From assembly GCA_910592345.1 (NCBI GenBank), contig CAJVPI010000291.1:1-36516 (forward strand): 36,516 nucleotides of DNA, in the 5' to 3' direction. This document shows, piece after piece, positions 11,290 to 22,366 of the stretch. This stretch comes from Paraglomus brasilianum (Eukaryota). Position numbers and translations under genes: made by a program. The notes beneath the pieces were generated by a model, which saw only the letters and a list, made by a program, of their open reading frames with translations, made no database searches and was not told where the DNA came from. Every line of letters starts with the position of its first letter. The first letter of the stretch is position 1.

Positions 11290-11485
11290 ACGAAGGTCGG
11301 CCACCGCTCAATGGCGACTCGCCATAACTGGCTTCCGATAGGTTCAGCCCTACCGCAGACACCTTCATCGGCAACAGCCCCAGCAATAATTCTGAAGTAA
11401 TGAAGATCCGTCGGCCACCGCTCGATGGCGACTCGCCATAACTGGCTTCCGATAGGTTCAGCCCTATCGCAGACACGTCCTTCAC
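11290..11485 (-). ncRNA. Candidate tandem structured RNA element (two three-way-junction units plus a linker hairpin)
   Basis: A 67-nt core is duplicated at 11296-11362 and 11410-11476 with 2 differences. Each unit has a closing stem, a GRUAGG/CCUAUC hairpin and a GCCA..AUGGCG/CGCCAU..UGGC hairpin. The repeat is certain; RNA function is inferred. Confidence 0.5.
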
Positions 11486-12217
11486 ACTAAGCAGAACTAT
11501 TAATATAATTAACGATAAACCGAGAGAATTCTACAAAACTTACACGATAATATGTAGAAAAAAGTTTCGCGTTTTACGTGAGGGATCTACTACGTTTTAT
11601 TATTAAATCACCTGACCAAAATTCGGCGACCAATAATATTAATGAGGTTTACAATGTCATTGATATATTGAGTTTCTTATTTTTATTTATAATTATAATC
11701 AAGTATTAATACGATGGAAGATCCAAATTAGTTGTTGCTAAGTCAATTTTTGACGTATTGGACGAACGTTACGGATTGTTTTTCGAACCCGTAATAAAGA
11801 TAGTGTCTACGGGAGAAGTTAGATTTGAAGTGGAATTTAACCTCTCATTCGCGTACTCGTACTAGTACGTTTTAGCAAATAAATTACATACAGTGAGTCA
11901 TAACGTTACCAGAGATTCACTCTATTATTGTAATAATATTACTATATTAATATTAATATTATAAGCCGCTCTAAGTTTGATTAATCTTTATTGAATTTTC
12001 ACAGTCTTATATGTATATTGCAATCTTATATATATAATAGTGTCAACCAAATATGTCTGTGTGTATTTATACTTATAAATATAATGTTTCAACAAATACC
12101 AATGTATACTTCATTATAATTGATTAAAGTTAAGTTGTAGTCTGCACTACAATATAATCAACATACCATACTTGAGTTGTTTCTAACGTATGGTCGGATC
12201 ACTCCAAGAACATTAAA

Positions 12218-13458
12218 TTAATCATTACGACTGTTTCTTTAAGTTAGAATGCGGTTAGACAAGTCAACAAATACTGTTGACAGATCACAAATAACACACA
12301 TAAAATAATCTACCTGTACAGAGCTTCTTGAGTCACTTGAATTTCATCAATCTCGGGAGCGAGTTCAGCCAATGCTTCATAGGCTTCTTTATGAAACGTC
12401 AACTGTGCTGTCACCAAGTCAGCAAGATTACACAGCGGCTCGGGCTAACGGTAATAAAGTATGGCTGAGTAATCATGACCCTTTACCAGACAGAACACAA
12501 CACAATCGAAGATATTTTAACAAACAAATGCCAATTTTCACAAGATAAAAGCGATAAGTACATTATCCAGTACGGCCCTCATCAAGGTAATGCCCTCCTC
12601 AACAGCGGCAACAAACTGATCTTCAGCCTGTTCAATTTCTAGCCGTGCAGCCTCGCTTTTCTCTGCTTTTGTATTCTTATATCTTGCTTTGGCAGCATCC
12701 AAAGTCAGCCGCGTAGACTGTACGTTCCGTCTGGCCTTCATCGCAAACTGGATACTGGTATTCAATGTTGTATTAAATGGCTGAACAAACTTTTGTGTAA
12801 TCTCTTCATCCATTTTTATCCTGTGCTCGCCAATTCTTTCTTGAATAGCTGCATATTTAATCAATGCTATCCCGAGAGGATCTTCAGTACCCAGTAGCTC
12901 AGCGCCCTGAGCAGATGCACGCGCTAAAGCGTGAGGAAGTGTCTTGGGAACCGAAGCTTGCACTGGATCCACCTGGCGAGATACGGATTCTGCACGCTCG
13001 GCTGGGCTTTGAGTTAAAACTTTGAGTTGATCTTGTACGTTGCGTGAGAGCTCTACCACAGATTCTTGCAATTGCGAAGGATAATCATAAGACGGATTCG
13101 TATGAATGCGGGTAATACGTAAAAGATTCGTGTGAACTGTGCGCAGTGCGTCCACACGCTATGACAAAGAAACATAAGCAGCATAAGACATGATTACAGA
13201 GGATATTCATTAGAGGTAAAAAGGACTCGGAACAGCAAAATTTGGCACTCTATGAAACCTTTTCGAGGTCTTTATATTCTTGCGGAAGATCAGTTATCTC
13301 TTCAGCTGTTCCTAACTTCTCCGCGGCAAACTAATAGTCGAACGCTGTAGATCAGTAATGCAGACAAGTCAAGAAACGTATGCATCAGACCCAAGTACCT
13401 GACGAACTTGGCCAAAGCCTTTGTTCAAAGTGACGAGCCTGGAGGTAATTCTGTCCAT
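12218..13458 (-). CDS. GVP36: BAR-domain protein, Gvp36-like, 5 exons
   Basis: Exons 13458-13399, 13330-13259, 13158-12562, 12444-12314 and 12236-12218. Motifs: EKLGTAEEITDLPQEYKDLEKRVDAL, SYDYP, PKTLPHALARA, RLTLDAAKA, EQAEDQFVAAVEE, LVTAQLTFHKEAYE. Confidence 0.88.
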
Positions 13459-14080
13459 TTTGAAATTGCGCAGTTGATGGCTTGCGTTCTGTTAGACTCG
13501 TCACACGATATGTCATTCTGTTAAAATCTGCTGATTTGCTTAGAGTTCTAGTGTCGCACAAATGTGTAGGATAATATTAATTTGTGTATCTAGTTTTTCT
13601 CGTCATCGAGTTCTATTTGTAGCGCAATCAATCGTAACAATAAATAGGATATATACATATACTTCGTTTCAATGTTCCAATGTTCAATTAATTAAATTCT
13701 GAAAAGAAAAATATTGATCCTCAGGTGAAGAACTTTGCTGGAATTCAAGACGCGAAATCAATTACCCGTTCGAATTTACAATCAAGCGTATTTAAATTGT
13801 CGAACTGTTAGCAAATTTATTAGCTACTAATATAATGCGACATTTTGAGAATCCCAGAAATGGAAAAACGAATCTCAGGCTGAAGTGAGCGCCTTTTGTA
13901 ATAACAAAACTAGTCTAAGGTGATTCAACTGCACGATGACTGTCATGGTCAATGATTCGCGAAAATATTACATTGAAAAGTTTCGAATCCATTTCTGTCA
14001 GCAAAAGATCGAATCTTGTTTTGTGTAAATTTTTACTAGACAACTTCTATCGACATATATACTCGTATTAAAATAATAAA

Positions 14081-17000
14081 TTACTCTACAGCCGTTGTCC
14101 ATACTTTCACTCCGCTTGTTTCACCTCCCTCGTTCACCTCGTCTTCAAACAATACACGTTCTTTAACCCAGTCTATAATCTCTTCAACAGTTCCCGGTGC
14201 TCTAGTTAATGTAGTGAAATCTATTTCTTGTTGAATTATATCGTAAAATTCTTGGTAGGAATCTATGATATGATTCTATAGAATAAAATTGGACCAGTCA
14301 GATACGTAGTCAAAATTTTTTGGTGAATTAGAGATTAATAGATTACCTGCATGAGAGAGAGAAGAAATTGTTCGGTATTTAGGTCGTCTATATAGTCCGA
14401 CATTTTCGATACAATGAAGCGAAGTCGACTGGTAACCGATTGTCGGAAAGTTTCGTAGACTTCTACAATATTGACTATCGAACAGACAAAAGAACATATG
14501 TACATCAATCGCTCTTTGCGAGAATTATGATATGAACTATCTGAACGACAAGTGAAGCTTACCTGGCTGGGCAAAGTTCTGACTTTTTAGTCGCGTTTGT
14601 TGATGCAAGGGCTTCAAATCATTTCTCAGGCGAAAAGCTGACACCTACATTCGGATAGTTTGAACATAAATAATCTCGATGATTGCAGATTCAATCGACG
14701 TTGGGATATTTCTTTCGGTTTATATCTCACCTTTACTAGGAATGAAGATAACGGTTCGACCGCGGCTTTAGCGCTTTCCATTATAAACTCTTCACATACG
14801 TGCTTAAGTCCTTGGTCAACTTCTTGCTTTGAGTCAGTACGATTTTCTACTACTTTTGGGATTCCTTTCTGTGCCAGACCGAAAAGGGTATTGGGACTGA
14901 GGATGGAGTATTTATTTCGCATTATTGCATTCAGCGCATCTAAAGTTTTAGAGGTAGGTGAGATAATAAGTTGCCATTCCAAATGGTTTTAATCATACAA
15001 TGGTTGGTATTGGGCTTCCCTCCTATATTAATTGTAAATGAGAAAATCTAATATAAAGAGGTACCTGTCATTTGGGAAAAGTCCAAACCCTTTTCTTCAT
15101 GAACAAATTGTGTCTCGAATGACGATATGTGTTCTTTGAGGATGAGCAAATGCTTTATTAAGAACAGTTGCCTATCTATCCTGCTCTGAGAAAGATATTC
15201 TGTTAGATCCAGATACAGTTTTAAATAATGATCACAATATATTTACCTGTTTCTCCAAAGATTCGCTTACGCTCAATAACGATTGTAAACATGTTGATAC
15301 AACGTCCTGAGCGATGTCATTGAATATTGTTGTCTGTACCAGGGATGAAACGCTATTAGTCATACTGTTCATATTATCATTAATTCCAACTGCGAAAATT
15401 ATTTACGTTAACGCTTCGGTATAATTTCGATAATATCCATAAAGTACGTTGTAGTGGGGGATACCATCCACGATAAATATCGCCAGTGTTGACAGTAGCG
15501 AGCATTGCCCCTGGAGTAGGTGGTTCATTGTCGTCGTATTCGTGTACAGATAATGTGGCCGGTCCGGTTGATGGTGAAGTGGGTGAATGTGTATCTGATG
15601 TCGACTCTACTTTTGCTTCTGTTGAATTATCTATAAAAGTATACAACCACAGCATAAGACGGCATACGTATATAAAAATTATATATATAATGGACGCTAT
15701 ACAACGAACTTTTCAGTCGGGCAGGATAATTCAAGTCCTCTTCTTGAGGGATAAACTTCTGTATCGATGATTGGATATAAGCCTGTGCTCGAAACACGAG
15801 ACGCTGCTGTGTATCTTGTAACACATTCTTGACTAGATGGCCAAATTGTAGCCTTTGTCCTTCACCTGAACGACAGAAGTATTGAATTAGGCGTGAAAAT
15901 ATAATCGCAATCATTAATAGCATTTACTGACTTCCACGTTCTGCATCCTGATCTGCATGTATTTGTAATATATTGCATAGCTCAGATAAAGTATCAATGT
16001 CAGTCTCGTGTATTATGCGAGGTCGAAGGTCATCATACAAGTAACTGCACAGCAAATCCAAATTCCCACTACAAAGTTGATTTGAGGTGTAAGTCAACCA
16101 ATTTCACGTGGTATTTGAATAAATATAACGCGAATATACGTACTATAAGTGATCTTCACCAGTTGAAAAAAAGTTGTAGAACAGAGAATATTCATCACTA
16201 CAGAGGTCCAACATGTAAGCATATCCAGTACGTGCCTGCATGAATACACACATATTAGGCACTCGTATCCATGACATGAAAACAGAGACATTCGCTTGTA
16301 CATACAAAGGTCAAAATATCCTGTCCACTCGCACTTATCTCTTGAATCTGGGCTACAATTGCAGGTATTAATACTTGTTGGCGTACAACGAAATATGCTT
16401 TGTAGCAATCATTTAAAAGAGAGTAATACCTGTCGTTATATTAATACATGTATGTTTAGTCAAAGTGAACAGGAGACCCAAATAAAGACTTACTCTCTAT
16501 GGCCAGGACATCGTTTCTCAATCTCGCGCACGAGACCCTTCAACTTTGGAGCTATCGTACGGAATTTGACATAGTGTAGAGCTGTTTGATTGGCCGAACT
16601 CGCGTTCTTTCAATAATTAAATACGTTGTATTAGCATGACACGATAATTATTAATTACTGACATCAACCTTTCTCGGCGAACTACCTGTGCAGTCTGCTT
16701 GGCAATTTCCATGCTAAGTGTATTTATCTCGTTGACGAAATACATCTTAATCAATGTCATACCACGCGTCATGCATTGTCGGAAACGCATAAGATAGAGT
16801 TCAGAATCTCTATATCGTAACTGTTCAAACGAGAAAAAAAATAAATCAAAAGCCATTGAAGGGTTAGTGGTTGTTTAATTGAGATAGGACAGCTATGCAA
16901 TGAAATTAACTCTCTACTACTTTCACGCACGCTCTCCACTTTGATCACTCCCAAAAAATTAAACATACATTATTTTGCATATACTCCAAACACTCGTCCA

Positions 17001-18015
17001 GCCTTTTCAATTTCGGAACAAACTCCGGCTGCTCGCATATGTTCTCCCCAGGCGAATTAAATAACTTTGTGATATCCTCTAATTCGTCATAGTACCGCAA
17101 TTTCTCTACTATAGATTCAACAATTGACGACAGATGATTCTGATTATAACGTAAGAGAGTTTTAGAGTTCCATGTTAATTTATCGATCTTGGGTAACGTG
17201 AAGAAATACATATTGCATATAACGTCAAGCACCTAACCTGTTCTGCTAATAATTTCTCACAAGAAGTTTGAAGAGCCTTAGTACGATCTTCGACAAATTT
17301 GAAATTCCCCTCGAGATCATTAAACAAACTCTCCGTAGTGTCAATTTGCCCAAGGACTTTATCGTTTGCTTCGCGATATAACATCACCGCTGCAAGAAAA
17401 TTCCTATCATCTTTTTCCTGTTACTATTCTGTCTTGGCAAAAATCCTCTTCTCACCACAATCCAACGCCCTCACTATTCAGAGATTACAAGAACTAACCT
17501 ATAAACATCCTCCTGATCTTTCTCCATATCAGCCTCCATCTTTGCAAACCAATCAAAAAATTGCTGTGTTGTCTCGATAGGTTTTCCCAGTCCGAGCGCT
17601 GCATCAATTGACGCTCCCCCTGCGGCTAATTCGGAGGACTGCAGTTCGGCCAATAAACTAGTCGTTGATCGCGATCGCGGTAATGAAAGCCCGGAAAGAT
17701 GCAAATGAGGAAGCGGTGAGGAGTTGGTGCGTATGGGTTCTCTCAGTGACGGAGAGGAAGTGAGGTGAGGCTGAGGTGTGCCTGGTTGCAGATCGGTGAG
17801 AAACTGAAGAGGGAAAGCAGAGGAAATGTGAGATGAGTTGAGAGGAATGGAACAGCATCAACCTGGTTAGTCCTTACCCCTTCAGGAAGCGGTAGTTCCT
17901 TGCAAGCATCTTGAAGTTCTAAAACGCTCACTTTCTGCGTCTCTGTTAGTTGTGTTTTCGATTCCCAATCTTCTAAGGTAATTCCTTTGCCTCTTGTAGT
18001 TAAACTAGTGGCCAT
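14081..18015 (-). CDS. COG3: Conserved oligomeric Golgi complex subunit 3 (Sec34), about 17 exons
   Basis: Spliced GT-AG exons give QQFFDWF, CEKLLAEQ, KLRYYDELE, RLDECLEYM, YLMRFRQCMTRGMTLIK, YLYDDLRPRIIHE, LQDTQQRLVFRAQ, WYPPLQRTLWILSKLYR and LFLIKHLLILKE. Stop at 14083-14081. Confidence 0.95.
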
Positions 18016-20328
18016 GTCATTCTTGATCTATTATGTTGACTATTTGAAATTTCCGGCATAAATGGGTTAAATTTGTCAATTTAAATTGTTTGATTACAAT
18101 CTATTCTAATGACTTACAAAAATTGTTTGCTTTTTTCTATTTGTATTAAAAGTTGGTTATTTTAACAATTATTGGCGGTTGAAATCCAATCGGATGCGAT
18201 TATATAAATTCTACGCTTCCTTGACAGGGCAGGGGTTTTTTCCTATTACTATTACTTATTACTATTGCTATGCACAAGTTAGCAATTTCAACGCCATGCT
18301 TTGGTCGCTAATATTATACACTAAACGTTTAGTATGCTACCGTTTTGTAAATAGCAGCATTGGCCAAATTGCTGCCAGAAGACGTCACCCCGCGATTCCA
18401 GCTTGCCCTTGTTCTAGGTGCAGGCGCTCATTAATACCGGAAAGAACTTCACCATCTTTCGGCAAAAAAAATACCACCAAACTTGATATTGTGGAAATTT
18501 CATTACTTGGAGAATGTTCGAAAACGTGCCCGGCCACAGTAGCTACCAAGCATACGAAAAAAACGACGAGATTTTAGCAAGCAATTATTTACGATATTTA
18601 CGATTCTTTTGTTGTCGAGTCTTCTACGACATACATCGGCCAAGACGGGCAATTGTACGAAAATTGTCACCGAGGCGACCCAACTCCGGTTAATACGGTC
18701 CCTACAATCAGCAAGCAGCCATGCTCACTCTCTGGAATGGCTTTACTACAAGGGCTTTCGGGCACGAACCCACTCCCCTTCTTTACCTCCGAGCCTAGAC
18801 TTACACCAACAGAATATAATCAATAGTATATCTAAGAATAGATTATCTCCCCCTCCCCCTATAAATCCGTCTTATGGGCTTTTATTCCTCTGCATGTATG
18901 TAGATAGATAAAAACAGCTTAAACTGGGCTTTAGCGAGCACCTCATTGTGAATAAAAGTTCCTCGCGGTAGTTACCAAGGCGACGCACCAGATAGCATTT
19001 GTCGCTAGACGTGTGGACAATAGTAGCCTCATAAGTTAACAACGAAAAAAGCTTTAAATATTGGATATTTGTACCAAAATACACCAAATTGTTTGTTGGT
19101 TTATGTACACACAGTGCCAACAAAAAAAAACAACACGCCTTGTAAAAACAGCTTTACAAGAAAGATGGCATTGTGGACATATTTCGGATCGTTTGGTACA
19201 CCTTCAGCGAGCCCAAAGAAGAGTAAATTACGTCGTAATCTTTAAGTGGAAAATCACAATCTTAGCCTACGCGAATGGACAGAAGCAGTCGCAGATCAAT
19301 TAATTCACTACAAAGTGCCTGCCAACCTACAAAAGGTCCCATAAGATTTACAGAAAGCCCTAGACAATGAACTGGGACCACTATGTGCGAAGTCTAACAT
19401 CTATATACCATTCAAAGCACAGTTAACTTTTTGTAAATGCAAGCCCTCAGGACTAAGCATTAGTTTGCATTTATTATTATGGGATTTTATTTATGGGTAA
19501 AGAATTCCCTAAAAGTTGATGTTGTCAATACTAATACTACTAAATGAAATTATTACTGGTAACCATTATTATAAATCAACATAGTATTTAAAAATTGTGT
19601 TAAGTTCGTTTTTTTTCTTGAATAAAACTCTCTAAACTTATTTGCAGCATGAACATTTGTGTTAGGAATAGAGATGTGTACTAATAATAGTTGTATGTAA
19701 ATGGTGCTAATACTAACATCAAACCCAATTGAATTGCAAACAGTGATATTATTGAATAACCAATCTTGCTTCTATATCTAAGGAGAGCATGTGCAGATAA
19801 AATTTAGAATAAAATAAACTAATTCTTTTCATATTGTTATTTGTAATGCATTCTCTGTGTCGTGTAATAAAATCATCAAACATGCTTTATAGATATGAAG
19901 ATATATGCTATACAAATAAAACGTATTAATAACCTTCCCGTCCCTTGCCTCTCCACTTTGCGGACTGTAGTTTAACAATTCGGGTTAATAAGCACACGAG
20001 AAGGCAGAATCGATAATTCTGGCATTTAAAAAAAGTACGTTACTATTACATCGAAGGTGATTATAGAATAGCATGATCGTTGAATCCGAAACTTTTTTTT
20101 TTTTTTTTACTTTTCTTTTCTCAGTCTGAATGGTCTATCAATAAGCATTTTACTTTCTTCTTTTCGATCATCTAAAAAGCAAGGGGTATGCATAAATAAG
20201 CGATGCTGAAAAAGTCCTGGTACCGATAAGTTTTCTCTGCAAAAAGAAAAAACGCCGCCCTTTTTTGGGACTTAGTACTAAATGTACACTCTCTATTTTC
20301 TGCAAGCAATAGCTATAACATTAGAGCG

Positions 20329-20930
20329 AATGGAATCTAGGCCATCTACAAAATATAAGCGTCCAGTTGGAAATAATGAAACAAGGTTAAATAAAGGTAA
20401 CACGGTTCGATGTTTACTCGCTAACGCCGAACGGGAAGGTGGCATAACCGATCCAATATGGAGTGACGTTATTTACAATCCGAAAAATAATTGTCTCTGA
20501 AAATGAACCAGTTTTATATTATTTAGATGGAGAATATGCCCCATCACGTGGATTTGTGCGTGAAGAACTTATGCATATAAGGTCCAATATCCTCCTCAAA
20601 GTATATTAGAGGCCGAAGCCTCCTCATCCCGCGAGTCAGAAAATCAACGCAGCGGTTAGTTCATACAACCTGTTTCTGAAAAATTAACTAAGACGGGGGA
20701 GTATGCTAAAAGACGTGGAGGGAGTGTCTTAGCAAAAACCGGTAAAATAAATGGCTACGATGTTTTTCTTTGGTCATGCACATCAATGGGAATATCCACT
20801 GAAATTGATTACGAAAAAGTTTGAATGGTGCCCATTACCATTATATCACATTGATGAGCATAAAAACGCAGAGAAATTAACGGCCTCAATTCGATACCCA
20901 ATGGCCTTTCAATTTACTGGTCAGCGGACG
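20329..20930 (+). pseudogene. Heavily decayed intronless coding relic of unknown family
   Basis: Protein-like fragments CLLANAEREGGITDPIWSDV, YLDGEYAPSRGFVREELMHIRS and [13 protein letters not shown], separated by stops and frameshifts. Confidence 0.3.
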
Positions 20931-21367
20931 AACTAAGACAAGATGTATCGGATGTTTAACGGAAAAAAGGTGGGACGCGTTATATAAAGAATGACGATCT
21001 GGTTTTGATTGGACATCATCTTAAGGAACCCAAATATAGACATTTGATTGTTTACCAAATCATCCAAAGCCATAATATGTTCCGATCGATGAAGCCCGAC
21101 AAAATACCAAAGATTGACGAATTTTCTTCTGAAGACGTATGTAGTGAGCCTAAAAAATAATAAGAAAAAATCGTCCCTTACTTTATTGAGGGATATCATT
21201 CCAACATCAGTTCAATCTACGTAACTAAAGCTTTTTCGACTGTCCGAAATTAATAAGAAAAATCTGATTATATTGCACTCTTTAATGGGGCCGGCACATG
21301 CGATGAACTGGTTGATATAATCCACAAGGTCGGTGATTGACTTGACTAGAGCGAAAGAAAATCCGCT

Positions 21368-21760
21368 CTATATTTGTGAACATGCATAGTGTAAGGCGAG
21401 TTTCTGAGCATTGAATCCACCAGGGCGGTAAATCCACTCGACGATTTTTCTTTGTATCTTTATACACGCTTGAATCTTTTTACCAATTTCCCTTGCACGT
21501 TTGAGTCATTGCATTCCCTTAACTCATAACGATGTAATGCATACTTATTACCATAACATACATTCTTGTTTAATTTTCAAATACTCTTCATAATTTACAC
21601 CACAGTATTTATTTTCGGCGGTACATGAAAATTTCCAATGCCTCTCCATTCTTATATGCTTATAAATTTCCTATATTCTTTTTATCATGTGAATCGGAAT
21701 ATATCTGATATATTGACACAGAGATAAGGATAATAATTCTCCTCGAACATCGTGGCTTTC
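21368..21760 (-). pseudogene. Decayed intronless gene with an IQ-like/RPGG motif
   Basis: A frame not in the ORF track reads MQ*LKRAREIGKKIQACIKIQRKIVEWIYRPGGFNAQKLALHY, preceded by EWRGIGNFHVPPKIN / NYEEYLKIK. Confidence 0.45.
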
Positions 21761-22366
21761 TTTTTGCGGAGTGAATGAAATACACAAACTACTCAATACA
21801 TGGCAGACCGTCACTACTTTATAGATCGAAGTATAAGCAATTAATATTATGCATCAACTTTTTTTAGAACGTAACCGTGTGCTTTTAAGCAGTTTAAACC
21901 CAAATTTTTGCGACCGTTTACTCTGCAAAATATTTTTGCTGACCGCCATTATTTTTTTCCATAATGAAGTGTGTGTAAAGTCGAAAGTAATGGCAATATA
22001 AATAATGTGATGAGAAATCCCATGAATATTTATCGGTCACGTCATCTAAAACATAATTTAAAATGTTCAACGAAGTTATTCCTTGGGGATGACATTGACT
22101 GCCTCTCACATTTGCTCCTTGAAACCCGTTTCCCTTCCATTCGTAATAGTAAGCACTAATACTGTAACTGCTGCTTAAACAACTCAGAAAGAATTTATTA
22201 AGATTCACAAGAATGCTCTATAAACAATGTAAATACTTTATTAAAAATTAGTCTTATTACATTCTCTATTATCTACAATCTAATTATTTTAATATCTACA
22301 ACTAACTGGGTCAAATAAAAGTACTGGTCTACAATCGGAGAAATATACTTTGGTTCACTAAATCGT

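Noticed and set aside
11296..11476. CRISPR-like repeat-spacer-repeat
   Set aside because: Only two 67-nt units, a eukaryotic context and no cas genes.
11290..11485. Hammerhead, HDV-like, TPP riboswitch or SECIS identity for the structured repeat
   Set aside because: The three-way topology recalls a type I hammerhead, but CUGANGA, GAAA and UH are absent. The TPP CUGAGA/GAUC-UAAU motifs, HDV nested pseudoknot and SECIS GA quartet with apical AA were not found.
11270..11485. 71-aa ORF as a real protein
   Set aside because: It starts at GTG and simply translates the 114-nt-period repeat. It is kept only as a possible uORF.
13980..13992. tRNA T-loop-like GTTTCGAATCC
   Set aside because: No cloverleaf stems or A-box around it.
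21918..22208. 96-aa minus-strand ORF downstream of the kinase
   Set aside because: Non-ATG start, no recognisable motif, and it lies in or near the kinase 3' UTR.
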